Origin: Fibrobacteria bacterium
GTDB taxonomy: Bacteria > Fibrobacterota > Chitinivibrionia > Chitinivibrionales > FEN-1185
DNA: 64,000 bases
Assembly: GCA_037447435.1 (NCBI GenBank)
Contig: JBBIGR010000018.1
Coordinates: 1 to 64,000, forward strand
Reading direction: 5' to 3'
In this document: positions 51,901 through 60,019 of the stretch, in pieces
How the letters are laid out: each line of letters begins with the position of its first letter
Numbering within the stretch: the first letter of the stretch is position 1
Notes under the pieces: generated by a model
Told to the model about the DNA's origin: nothing
Database searches by the model: none
What the model saw: the letters and a program-made list of their open reading frames with translations, nothing else
Made by a program: the position numbers and the translations under genes

Positions 51901-54900
51901 ACAACGGTAATTCATGGGGCGCTCTGTCTTGGCTTAATGCGTCGGGAACAACCGCTTGGTCGTATCCGTTACCCTCCGGTTGTTTGGCAGACGGCGTATA
52001 TACGATCCAGGCACGAGCGATCGACAGTGCATCGAATATGATGGCGCCGGTCACGGCATCTTTTACCATAAAAACCACCACGCCGCCGAATCCTGCCATT
52101 GCTATTGTCAATAATACGGGATTTACAAAAGATTCCGTTGTGACGCTGGCATTATCGGTTACCGGCGCAGACAGCATGCAAATTTCCTTGAATACCCTGG
52201 TGCCTGGACCATGGGAACCGTATGCACCACAAAAAACAGGTTTTGTCATCAGTGCGCAAGGGGAAGGCAAGAAAAAGATTTCAGCCGTTTATAAGGATAT
52301 TGCAGGAAACTCGACCGTTGCAGTATCGGATAGCATCGTATATGATGTCTCGCCGCCAACAAACGCAAAGATATCAATTGTCGATAATAACGGTTTTACG
52401 GGAAGCCCCACACCGTTGATCATGGTGTCTGTACAAGGTGCCGACAGTATGCAATTTGCCGTGGGTAGCAATGCGTTTACCACATGGGAACCCTATGCAA
52501 CCAATAAGACCTCTTTACTCATTAACGGCGGCGGAGACGGTCAGAAAATTGTGTTTGCCCGGTTTAAAGATAAGGCAGGCAATTTCAGTGTCATCGTATC
52601 GGATACGACACAATACGATTCTCGTCTTCCTGCTGTCACTTCTGTTACCGTTCTTGACAGTAATGGGTTTATTAATTATAAAAAGCCAAAAATACAAATT
52701 GCCGCAGTCAATGCCGACAGCATGAGAATTGCATTGACACAAGATACTGCGGGTGCGTTATGGAAAAAAATTGCCGCAATAGACAGCATCGACATTTCAC
52801 AGGGAACGCAAGGAGCAAAAACAATATGGGTGCAGGTAAAGACCGTCGCCGAAGCTAAGTCCACATGGTTGTCGGATTCGACGGTTTACGATACTACGCC
52901 GCCACCGGCACCGGCAAACCTACTCATGACATTTGTCGATATGTCGACGGTTAGGGTTTCGTGGGCCGCCTTGCCTGCAGGCCCGTTCGACAGTATCATG
53001 GTTTGCACGGCACTTGATGGTCCGATACTTTCGAGAGTTGCCGGGGCATGGGGAAGTGAAATATCGGCGCACAACACTGTCGACACCCTGGCACAAGTTC
53101 CGGTAAATGGAGCGACCATGTCGGTGGGCGTTGCGGTCAAAAACGTCTTCGGATCATGGTCTTCAATTACGTCGCGTTCGATGGTACTCAATGATACCGT
53201 TCCCCCTATAAATAACACGCATATCGCTCTTGCCAGTGTCGGTGATACGGCGATATCCATCGGGGTAAAACCAGATTCGATGCAAAAAGATGTCAAGACG
53301 ATTCAAATTGGCGTGTATAATCCGACTGGGGCGGCAGTGCTTGCGATTAAATCGTTTACTTTTAAGGACACAACTATATTGGTCAATAATACCAAAGTAG
53401 TTGGGACGTGGAAAGTCTCTTCGGCATGTGCCGATGCCGCAGGAAATGTATCCGCATTTCGAACGGATACGGTATTGGTTGCTGAAATCAAACCGTTGAC
53501 ACCGGTTACCACAATTGTCAAAAGCCAAACAAAATTTGCGGGGTCGGCGGCGCATTATTCGTTAGGAACGGCATCGATAAGAGATTCTTTAGTCACCTAT
53601 ACCGTTGTTGTCAAATCACTGAACGACGCGGTCATTGTAAAAAAAATAACCCAAACAGGAAATCAAGTCGACTTGTTTCCTCTTTCAGACGGCACGTATG
53701 AAGTTTCCGCGTTCGCCACTTCGATTATCGGTAAAGACAGCATCGGAATAAAAGACACGTTTACCATTACCGGTGCGACAACACATTCGTTTCCTAAAAC
53801 TATCGATACCACCGGCGTAACATGGCAAATGGTTTCAGTCCCGACTAAAACGATAACGGTATCGCCGTCGTCGGCACTTGGCTCTTTGTATCATTGGGAT
53901 GAATCGCGGCAGGAACGGGATATTTACGGCTATTATCATCAGGTATCCGAGATTGGCCAATTGCAACAAGGGTGCGGCTATTGGCGAAAAGCAACCGATA
54001 CGGCAACTATAAATGTTCCGCGCGCCAATGTTCTGGACTCGATCGTCGACATAACTATCTACAAAGGAACCTACGGCTGGAACCAGATCGCATCGCCCTT
54101 TTCTTATCCTGTCGCGTGGCCGGCGCAGGGAATGCTGTGGAAATGGAATGAGTCGACAAAGGATTTTGAAGAATCATCCAACGTTCTTGAACCATGGCAA
54201 GGATATTGGGTAATGGCGGATTCGTCCATGGTTGTTCATTTGGCAAATAAGCCCGCCTTTTCCGCAGGTACGTTAGCAAAGCGAACGGTCGCCAAATATG
54301 TGGACAACAAAAACTGGCAGGTCAGAATGTCGTATAACGGGAATTGGAATTGTGATGCCCAGAACGCTTTCGGATTCAACCAATTAGCCTCGGACGGATA
54401 CGATGTGAATGATGCGGCAAAGCCGCCGCGGATGTCGGATTACCGGTATGTGTTTTTCTCTCATCCCGAATGGAAGCGCGGCTATAGCGAGTTTGCCAGA
54501 GACCTTAGGAAAACCCTGAAGCCGGTCGAAACGTATACTATTGGAATAACGCCGGGAAACGGAAAATGCGGCGGAGAAATCAACTTTGACGGATTAGAAA
54601 ACATTTCGAAGGACATACAGGTTTTTATTGCCGATGAGAAGGACATCGTGCAAATTGAAGCCGGCAAACCTTATTCCCTTCCTAAAGCAGACTCTGTTTT
54701 ATATAAAACCATGTTTGTCACAACGGATAAGAATTTTTTAAAGAATTTTCCGCGTTCGTTCAATTTCGGCGTGCCGTATCCAAACCCTACTCGGCGTTTT
54801 GCTAACATTAAATATACGCTGCCGTATCATTTGGGGAAAAACGGGGTGCTTCCGAAGGAACAATATATGGTAAACATTGCATTGTATGATTTGTTGGGCA

Positions 54901-55064
54901 GACAGGTTCGGCAACTTGTGTATTCGAACAAAGAACCGGGAAATTATTTAACCTGGTGGGATGGAAAAAACAATGCCGGCAATTTCGTTGCGACCGGAAT
55001 GTATTTCTGCCGGCTGACCGCAGGAGAATTTTCGTCGATAAAAAGATTGACCGTTGTACGATAA
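45951..55064 (+). CDS. Giant secreted modular surface protein (beta-helix passenger-like repeats, Ig-like repeats, C-terminal FlgD-Ig/T9SS-like sorting domain)
   Basis: 3037 aa open frame; signal peptide; four W....NW.P...P...D..F module starts; three GADSM..YD repeats; C-terminal YPNP...WDGKN..G..VATGMYFCRL. Confidence 0.8.
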   Translation: MKNIKNIFILAAGFLAVMTLHTNTFCATITWISSSGGKWNNTANWSPTVIPSSADTALFSTSSGACTLDVYMSVNSIQFTNSYSGNFYFNHNKLTISGMADFRNGSGHIISAGNDTLELTGNMPKTIFPTSNHDTLPNLLLTPASISTAIGGSNDTLFVSSLRFATNGDFTMTANQGVCVRGDIILNAGNLYALPGNLDVLGNVVIQGGTLTAPASTMHVCGSWSHTTGAFVHSSGTVVFNAGAIGGGTITESAPFSNVNFNSPGNKTWTVTSAPIKLIGALIMNNGTLNLGTGMIDSAASLNCGGGTLDFNSSTLRLPTPSIDFSSIGNIIPGNGKLELVGMSSINFKPKPNLLFPEIVQNFGGTTMLNGTLSAKGITVKNGTFSFNNTHSGDNIGFLTGTGGTVDFNNDSINVSDTVNLFYVNSTMSGFGILKFVNNLPANYVPPHFWPNPILIKSGTGTTTVRQNNIKGQKLRIESGIFSLGALTAGVNDSLDTLETAGGGMDFGNCTLSVRFSNVDLSPLTTLTPGTGALKFTSSSLQSFWPSISYVNPIVKHSGTGALKLMNALTANGFEQPQGAYQFNLNGNNVTIVNNGNFFVNSYSGPNMISGLAGRTISVAGNVTVTGLPPSTTVDMSAGSTWTLNAGGQVLFDCVNFDHCDAIGSPGVATNSANNGGNINWTFVKQWISGGTHNWGDAPNWSPTGVPTATDSVVLSSSWDCILSMPNVTVKAISFPGYTGIFSFLTDTLCVTGRADFGGAANVASGTGALKLVGNGPQVFTPSYQSFLWTIVKEGTGVCSLSTALKAHNLYVKSGAIKLAGGGPADSLVDETNISGGTLDLGGKRVFTKSLMTTGGTLLATSDTLTIAGSANFTGLTPFNPTQGTIVIKAMPPFASSVTSGSTTFNNLVLWTDGADGYLDTIKMMSGILAVNNDLVFRRTKTVSTPGKSVWRFDINNTGVSITGNVFTEETPGVNPISSNPSLFMGSNNWTFEKYAILPIGNGDSKSASLVFSGAPGTVQNFFAGITNPLDSLGTVTHASNDTLKLLSPLPCQSFTQTAGTFDFNGFNLAVTNNLNISSGTYSSLKNLDSRTITVGGTASFNGQPGNLINLSPLSSWYIYLNGGSLNASYAQIGNAYAYGAMGGNGYATNSRKTAYTMGWKIPGMTLTWNGSVNTNFRTAGNWSPAYAPSDSDDVIFNSGSVNCILDTSIGVNNITFAPGYSGTFDFRNFTLTVSGNADFSNVGGIGNSGGTLKFYSSINGKKYFIPRAGILFPNIYQSGVGGGGDTVVVMANPLKAGRFYKQYGTWDWGNFGAKHSVQSLINDMSGEIDFGNCTLQVYDSLKITSTVKHNFGSAIELLKSSGDQRIEVWNMDTLPGIIHNATGNILLGNNLRCQSFSNNLGTIASNGFNISTVNDCIFAGGNSLLQDLSGRRFYCGGNMTFLGKSNDSIVVNATTVSCTLTVLGTLQANFAKIGRSIVIGTKGYAANCMNLGNDSNWLFLPRGLKLWKGDGADQNWSTVSNWIPPTLPAGNDSVVFNNTTSKNCFLDTSATVKKLTFATGYSGMFGFGSSTLALSGNADFGNCMNVDPGSGTLLFSGSEPAVLTPPPMAQLPSIVRGSGMGTLTINKNPLNAQSINVSAGVFFFGSGLSHSVGSIQGLGGSTIDFGTNTTVAVKGDVNLSGMNIVSDQSDTLQFAGYLGQVYTAPSMATNYTMVIEKNDTLTLGSPNLQVNDLVLYAGTLKLGNSHSHTVNNLIGYGGVLDFGSSTLSVRGNADFSGLQDVVAGSGILLLNSATVNQTLIPQFPDTLPFVRHPGPMALEITNNPLTCTSFLQNGGQLFINGFDITTVSDFTISNATVTTMSGLANRTLSVGGNANLSGTPGSPIILFPESPWKLSVQKATTIVDAVIGKCDASACGFWPVLASCIDSGYNQKFDFVKPQAVIIRPVSGSLRNSLPYITGTATDSVSGIATVQVSLMRSDNQFYNGNSWGALSWLNASGTTAWSYPLPSGCLADGVYTIQARAIDSASNMMAPVTASFTIKTTTPPNPAIAIVNNTGFTKDSVVTLALSVTGADSMQISLNTLVPGPWEPYAPQKTGFVISAQGEGKKKISAVYKDIAGNSTVAVSDSIVYDVSPPTNAKISIVDNNGFTGSPTPLIMVSVQGADSMQFAVGSNAFTTWEPYATNKTSLLINGGGDGQKIVFARFKDKAGNFSVIVSDTTQYDSRLPAVTSVTVLDSNGFINYKKPKIQIAAVNADSMRIALTQDTAGALWKKIAAIDSIDISQGTQGAKTIWVQVKTVAEAKSTWLSDSTVYDTTPPPAPANLLMTFVDMSTVRVSWAALPAGPFDSIMVCTALDGPILSRVAGAWGSEISAHNTVDTLAQVPVNGATMSVGVAVKNVFGSWSSITSRSMVLNDTVPPINNTHIALASVGDTAISIGVKPDSMQKDVKTIQIGVYNPTGAAVLAIKSFTFKDTTILVNNTKVVGTWKVSSACADAAGNVSAFRTDTVLVAEIKPLTPVTTIVKSQTKFAGSAAHYSLGTASIRDSLVTYTVVVKSLNDAVIVKKITQTGNQVDLFPLSDGTYEVSAFATSIIGKDSIGIKDTFTITGATTHSFPKTIDTTGVTWQMVSVPTKTITVSPSSALGSLYHWDESRQERDIYGYYHQVSEIGQLQQGCGYWRKATDTATINVPRANVLDSIVDITIYKGTYGWNQIASPFSYPVAWPAQGMLWKWNESTKDFEESSNVLEPWQGYWVMADSSMVVHLANKPAFSAGTLAKRTVAKYVDNKNWQVRMSYNGNWNCDAQNAFGFNQLASDGYDVNDAAKPPRMSDYRYVFFSHPEWKRGYSEFARDLRKTLKPVETYTIGITPGNGKCGGEINFDGLENISKDIQVFIADEKDIVQIEAGKPYSLPKADSVLYKTMFVTTDKNFLKNFPRSFNFGVPYPNPTRRFANIKYTLPYHLGKNGVLPKEQYMVNIALYDLLGRQVRQLVYSNKEPGNYLTWWDGKNNAGNFVATGMYFCRLTAGEFSSIKRLTVVR
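47536..47644 (+). repeat. Exact 22-bp direct repeat inside the giant CDS
   Basis: CGGGAACGGGCGCACTTAAATT at 47536-47557 and 47623-47644 (encodes GTGALK). Confidence 0.85.
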
Positions 55065-55137
55065 AAATAAGTGGAAATATTGCTTGGTGGCGAAAAGAGA
55101 CATTGATTGCCGGTAAACAAACAAGATCGAGGGACGT

Positions 55138-57543
55138 ATGCAAATGGGAAATATTGTAAAAAAAAGTATTGTCATGATCGGCATTTTAAGTGGTGCGGTT
55201 TTTTCTCAGGGAGATGACAATACGCAAAAAGCGTTTATCAAAACAATGGTCGGTACTGTCGAGGTGAGTTCCGCCGCCTCGGCGAAATGGCGGCCGGCCA
55301 GAGCCGGAATGATGGTGAAAATGGGGTGGAATATTCGTACCTACATTGAATCGAGCGCAGATATCGAAATCGAGACCGGAACAATATTACGCATCGGGGA
55401 AAACAGCGTCGTTACTCTGGCTAAATTGATAAAAGATAAAGAAGCTGGGGTTACTAGTTCAAATGTCAAGGTCGGGACAGGAAAAATATGGGCAAATGTA
55501 AAAAAACTCACCAATACGAAATCCGAGTTCGAATTTGAAACGCCGACGGCGGTCGCTTCAATTCGAGGAACAAAGCTCGGTTTATCGGTTGATAAGGGCG
55601 GTACTCAGCTGGACGTGTATGAGGGGCTTGTCATGGTACGGCCACGAGGCGGAGCGGGTCGTGAGGTAGGCGTGTCGACAAGGAACCGGGCAATTATCGG
55701 TGATGCGGGGCATGCGATACAGCTCATACAATTTACGGAGAAGGATACCGTAAAAGGGCAAAAAGCGATGAAAGATCCTTTTGCCGTCGATACGGCAAAA
55801 GGAAAAAACGACAAAACCGTTGATACGACGCAGACAAATAAAAACGGCAAAACTGCCGATACAACAGGATTGAATAAACATGATAAGGCAATCGACTCAA
55901 CCGGCCGTTCGAGTGTGGATTCCGCGACGCAAAAAGCATTGGTTTTGGATATACTCCAACCGCAGGCAAACACTGTTTCGAAGGAAAGCCAATATTTGAT
56001 TAAAGGTAAAACAGTAACGGGCGCAAGCGTGGAAATAGGCGGCAAAGATGTCGTTGTGGACAAACAGGGGATGTTTTCCCTTTTAACGGACCTCGCGCTG
56101 GGAAAGAACTCGTTTTCGGTTGTGGCAAAACTGGGGGCTGCTTCTAAAAGCAATGACTGCCAGGTGGAATACCATCCGCAGCTGAGCATGAATGTCACGA
56201 GTATCGTAGACAATATGGAAGTTACCGCGTCGGACATCGTCGTTGATGTTGAAGTAAATGAAGGCGCGAAATTTTCGGTGAATGGAAAGGAAGGGCAAAC
56301 GAAAGTAACTTTGACGCCAGGTAAAAATACCGTTTCGGTAAAAGCATATGACCAATGGAATACGTCTATTGAAAAGTCTTTTACCATTACTTATACTAAA
56401 TCTTCGGTTTTTTCTTTGAAAGTCGCTTTGCCGAAAGACCAATCGTCCGTATCTGCCCCGATGATTCCCGTAAGCGGCAGTACCACTCCCGGAGCTAAAG
56501 TAACGATAAACGGTTCCCCCGTTGTCGTGACGGCCTCGGGATTTTTCAATTACACTCTGCCAATTCCCGATGAAGCACAAGAATATACCGTTAAAATAGT
56601 GTCGCGCCTCGGAGACGACGAGGCAAGTGAAGAACGGGGTGTTTTTTATAGCCCGCCAAAGCCGCCGATAACGCTGTTGGTTATTTCGCCCGTTGATGGT
56701 CAAATAATAAAACAAAATCTCATTCATATCACCGGAAAAACCGCGGCACGCGCAAAAGTAAATGTCAATAACAGATCGGTTTCGGTAAGTTCGGGCGGTA
56801 GTTTTGCTTTTGATATTCCGGTAACGGAAAAAGACATCGGTGATTATTCCCTGGATGTAACGGCTACCGATGATTCTGTCGATTTAGTAAAACTTGTAAA
56901 TGTTAAAATCGATGTTTCGTCTCCGCAGATAAACACATCGGTGCCCATTTTATCGCCGATTCCTTTGCTGGAAGGGTTTCCTGCGACAAAGAACAAAAGA
57001 ATGAATGTTATGGTGACCGACAAAACGCCGGAGGACCAATTGAATCTTGTCATTATCAACAACGGTGCCCGGGAAGAAATGTCGTTTAATTCCGGTGACC
57101 AGCAGTATTTCAATCTGGAAGATGGGAAAAATGTCTATACTATAAAAGCGTACGACTTGGCTAAAAACCAATCGGACCGGGTTATTTCCGGCACAATTTA
57201 TTATTTACCCGGGCCATTATCAATTGACGTTATCGAACCTTCAAGTACCAGTATGACGGTCGATGATTTGCCCCCAATGCCGAAAATGATTTCTGGAAAA
57301 GAATATGTTTCGCAAATGACGTTGCGGGTAGAAGTGGATGACGGTATTCACAATGTTCCGGAATCGATCAAATTCGTGAGGATCGAAGGACCGAGTTTTT
57401 CTAAACAGTTGATTGATAAAGGGAATTATGTGTACGAAGCCAACAACATCCAGCTTGTTCGCGGTGTGAATTCATTTCAAATCGTCGCTCAAGACATTGC
57501 CGATAATATTGTACGAAAGCCGTATACGGTGACGATAAAATAG
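55138..57543 (+). CDS. Secreted FecR-domain protein with tandem Ig-like domains
   Basis: Signal peptide; LRIGENS, G.IWANVKK, ETPTAVASIRGT, V.EG.V (FecR); repeated I.G.T..GA.V.ING..V...G.F segments. Confidence 0.75.
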   Translation: MQMGNIVKKSIVMIGILSGAVFSQGDDNTQKAFIKTMVGTVEVSSAASAKWRPARAGMMVKMGWNIRTYIESSADIEIETGTILRIGENSVVTLAKLIKDKEAGVTSSNVKVGTGKIWANVKKLTNTKSEFEFETPTAVASIRGTKLGLSVDKGGTQLDVYEGLVMVRPRGGAGREVGVSTRNRAIIGDAGHAIQLIQFTEKDTVKGQKAMKDPFAVDTAKGKNDKTVDTTQTNKNGKTADTTGLNKHDKAIDSTGRSSVDSATQKALVLDILQPQANTVSKESQYLIKGKTVTGASVEIGGKDVVVDKQGMFSLLTDLALGKNSFSVVAKLGAASKSNDCQVEYHPQLSMNVTSIVDNMEVTASDIVVDVEVNEGAKFSVNGKEGQTKVTLTPGKNTVSVKAYDQWNTSIEKSFTITYTKSSVFSLKVALPKDQSSVSAPMIPVSGSTTPGAKVTINGSPVVVTASGFFNYTLPIPDEAQEYTVKIVSRLGDDEASEERGVFYSPPKPPITLLVISPVDGQIIKQNLIHITGKTAARAKVNVNNRSVSVSSGGSFAFDIPVTEKDIGDYSLDVTATDDSVDLVKLVNVKIDVSSPQINTSVPILSPIPLLEGFPATKNKRMNVMVTDKTPEDQLNLVIINNGAREEMSFNSGDQQYFNLEDGKNVYTIKAYDLAKNQSDRVISGTIYYLPGPLSIDVIEPSSTSMTVDDLPPMPKMISGKEYVSQMTLRVEVDDGIHNVPESIKFVRIEGPSFSKQLIDKGNYVYEANNIQLVRGVNSFQIVAQDIADNIVRKPYTVTIK

Positions 57544-57559
57544 GAGAAAGTTGAAAACC

Positions 57560-57590
57560 GCCCTCGTGGTTTGTGAGGGCCATTTTCTTT
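57560..57590. terminator. Hairpin between convergent genes (probable terminator)
   Basis: GCCCTC...GAGGGC stem followed by CATTTTCTTT; A-rich stretch on the other side. Confidence 0.45.
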
Positions 57591-58180
57591 TAGGTTTTTT
57601 GGTTGACATAGCAATTTTGTAAGTGGTCGTTCACCATACCGATAGCTTGCATAAACGAATAGCAAATTATTGAGCCCACAAAATTGAATCCTCGCTTTTT
57701 CAAGTCTTTGCTCATTGCATCGGAAATATTTGTTGAGCAGGGAACTTGCTTCATGAAAAGATACGGTTTTTCCGGGGCCAATGTTTTATACCCGGTATAT
57801 TTCCAAATATACTCATTGAAACTACCGAATTCCTCCTGGACCGCTATGAATTTTTGAGCGTTTTTTACGGCAGAGGTGATTTTAAGCTTGTTCCGGATTA
57901 TCCCTGTATCGGACATGAGCCGTGCAATGTCGGTTTGGCCGAACGTACTGATCTTATGATAGTCCCAATTGACAAATGCTTTTCTGAAATTTTCGCGGCG
58001 TTTTAAGATGGTGATCCAGCTGAGACCTGCCTGAAACCCCTCCAGAATGAGCATTTCGAAAAGTTTGGTGTCGTCGTGAACCGCAACGCCCCATTCATGG
58101 TCGTGGTAATCGCAATAGAGCTGATCGCTGCCCGCCCAGGGGCATCGGGTCTTTGGCGAAGGGGAAAGGGATTTAATCAT
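57590..58180 (-). CDS. tag: DNA-3-methyladenine glycosylase I
   Basis: RCPW, YHDHEWG, LEGFQAGLSW.TIL.RRE.FR.AF, IIRNKLKI, MQA.GMVNDH...C. Confidence 0.95.
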   Translation of the reverse strand: MIKSLSPSPKTRCPWAGSDQLYCDYHDHEWGVAVHDDTKLFEMLILEGFQAGLSWITILKRRENFRKAFVNWDYHKISTFGQTDIARLMSDTGIIRNKLKITSAVKNAQKFIAVQEEFGSFNEYIWKYTGYKTLAPEKPYLFMKQVPCSTNISDAMSKDLKKRGFNFVGSIICYSFMQAIGMVNDHLQNCYVNQKT

Positions 58181-58185
58181 GGTTT

Positions 58186-58215
58186 AAAATATGCGGTTTA
58201 CCGATATTACGTCAA
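58186..58215 (-). promoter_or_regulatory. Putative promoter TTGACG-N18-TATTTT, 5 nt before the tag ATG
   Basis: Read directly on the minus strand; no SD between the -10 box and ATG. Confidence 0.5.
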
Positions 58216-58274
58216 TAAAAAAATGCGGACCGCAATCTTACTAATGGTTTTGAGAAACTGGTTCCAAATAAGAA

Positions 58275-58304
58275 TTGACAGAATTCGCATTGAGAGGTTA
58301 TTTT
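58275..58304 (+). promoter_or_regulatory. Putative promoter TTGACA-N18-TATTTT, 6 nt before ATG 58311
   Basis: Read directly; no SD between the -10 box and ATG. Confidence 0.5.
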
Positions 58305-58310
58305 ATTTTC

Positions 58311-59249
58311 ATGAAATATTCAATATCTCAAACAAACGTTTATGATGTTCTGGCAAGCGAAAAGCTCACCGTTAAAATCCTCCGCCTCGGCGCGGAATTA
58401 TTCAGCGTGAAGGTGCTCCATCCGACGCATGGAGAAATCGGGCTTCTTTTGAATGATGACGAAATTGAACCGGACCATTCTTGGTGGAACAGTCATGCGC
58501 CATTTTTATTTCCCATTGTTGGCGGCTTGGTCAATAAAACGTCGCATTGCCGCGACGGTAAAACTATAAAGCTGGAAGGCCACGGATTTGCCCGGAAAAC
58601 CGTTTTTTCGGTAATTGATAAAGGGCAAAGCGATAAAAGCGTCTGGATAGAATATGAAATCGACAATACCGCCGTTTCGAATGCAGCATACCCGTGGCAA
58701 TTTGAGTTTAGGGTCCGTTACGAACTTTCGGACAATGGGTTGAATGTCGCCATAAAGGTAAAAAACAACGATGAAACAACCATGTGGTATCAATGCGGAT
58801 GGCATCCGGGTTTCAAGGCGCCGTTTATTTACGGTAAAGGAAATAAAGCCGATGTGAATCTGATACTGCCAAAGGGCAAAGCAATCATATATGAATGCGA
58901 CAGGGAATCGTTTTTAACCGGCAAAAAAAAAGAAATCGAGTTGGGCGGCGTGTTTCCGTTTACGGAAGAAGGTCTTGATTACACGTATGTGTTCGATATG
59001 CACGACATCCCGGACAAGACCGTAAAACTTTTCGACCCAAATTCGGGAATTACGATACATCTTTCCTTTAATGACTTCCCGCATTTGGGCATATGGTCAA
59101 ATGCGAATGGCCCCTTTATTTGTCTTGAGCCCTGGCAGGGATGCGACGATTTCGCGAATCCGACATTATTCGAAGACAAGTTCGGCATTGCATCGCTTGA
59201 AGCGGGGCAACAAGACCAGAGGGAAATCAATCTTTCACTGTTTTGGTGA
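58311..59249 (+). CDS. Aldose 1-epimerase family protein (LacX-like)
   Basis: GAELFS, HAP.LFPIVG, HGFAR, YPW.F, GWHPGF, FICLEPW.G. Confidence 0.88.
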   Translation: MKYSISQTNVYDVLASEKLTVKILRLGAELFSVKVLHPTHGEIGLLLNDDEIEPDHSWWNSHAPFLFPIVGGLVNKTSHCRDGKTIKLEGHGFARKTVFSVIDKGQSDKSVWIEYEIDNTAVSNAAYPWQFEFRVRYELSDNGLNVAIKVKNNDETTMWYQCGWHPGFKAPFIYGKGNKADVNLILPKGKAIIYECDRESFLTGKKKEIELGGVFPFTEEGLDYTYVFDMHDIPDKTVKLFDPNSGITIHLSFNDFPHLGIWSNANGPFICLEPWQGCDDFANPTLFEDKFGIASLEAGQQDQREINLSLFW

Positions 59250-59266
59250 ATGTCGGGAGCCTGGCT

Positions 59267-60016
59267 ATGGAAGAATTTCTTTCGGATTTCCCAAAATTGC
59301 AATGTCCTTTCATCCGGCAGACCTTCAAAGTCGATCATAATCAATTTGAAAGCCAAGGGCGCAAAGCGGGGTTGCGGTTACCCGAAGTTTACCTCGTTGT
59401 AAATAAAGTCAATCCGGGGTACGAATGGGTCTTTGACGATCCCGATACGTTTGCCGTGGAAAAACTAAACGGAACCAATATCAAATTGAAAACAAAGAAT
59501 GGGCGTTTGATCGCGTTGCAGAACAGGAAAACAGTCATTGATCCTTTGCAAATAATCGGCGGCAGGAATTTTCTCATAGAAGGGATTTTCCGATCCATAG
59601 GCAAGGGCTATGTAAAACCGGACGGCGAACAGGCAGGTGAATTGATAGGCCCCAAAATATTGGGAAATCCTTATAAATTGGAATTCCATGAATGGTATCC
59701 GTTTGAAAAGTCGTTAAAGGATTTACGATACAATTCTTTTCAGGAACATGATCGAACCTTTAACAATTGGAGCCTTTGGTTTAAAGACCGACTGTATTCA
59801 CGGTATTATCAAAAAATCGCCTTGAAAAAAGGAATCGAAGACAAAATCTTTGCCGAAGGGGTCATTTTTTACAATTTGAAACGAAAGGCTGAAAATCGGA
59901 TTTGGATGGCAAAGCTACGCAGGGATATGTTCGACTGGTACTATGAGGGGATTCAAATTTACGAATATGAAAGTACCGGAAAACAAGATGCGGAAGACCA
60001 GGCAAAATTCGATTGA
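59267..60016 (+). CDS. Putative ATP-dependent RNA ligase (RLIG1/C12orf29, DUF5565-like)
   Basis: Nucleotidyltransferase motifs: I EKLNGTN, III GELIGP..GNPY, IV EGVIF, V MAKLRRD; VNPGYEWV; GGGAG RBS before ATG 59267. Confidence 0.7.
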   Translation: MEEFLSDFPKLQCPFIRQTFKVDHNQFESQGRKAGLRLPEVYLVVNKVNPGYEWVFDDPDTFAVEKLNGTNIKLKTKNGRLIALQNRKTVIDPLQIIGGRNFLIEGIFRSIGKGYVKPDGEQAGELIGPKILGNPYKLEFHEWYPFEKSLKDLRYNSFQEHDRTFNNWSLWFKDRLYSRYYQKIALKKGIEDKIFAEGVIFYNLKRKAENRIWMAKLRRDMFDWYYEGIQIYEYESTGKQDAEDQAKFD

Positions 60017-60019
60017 TAA

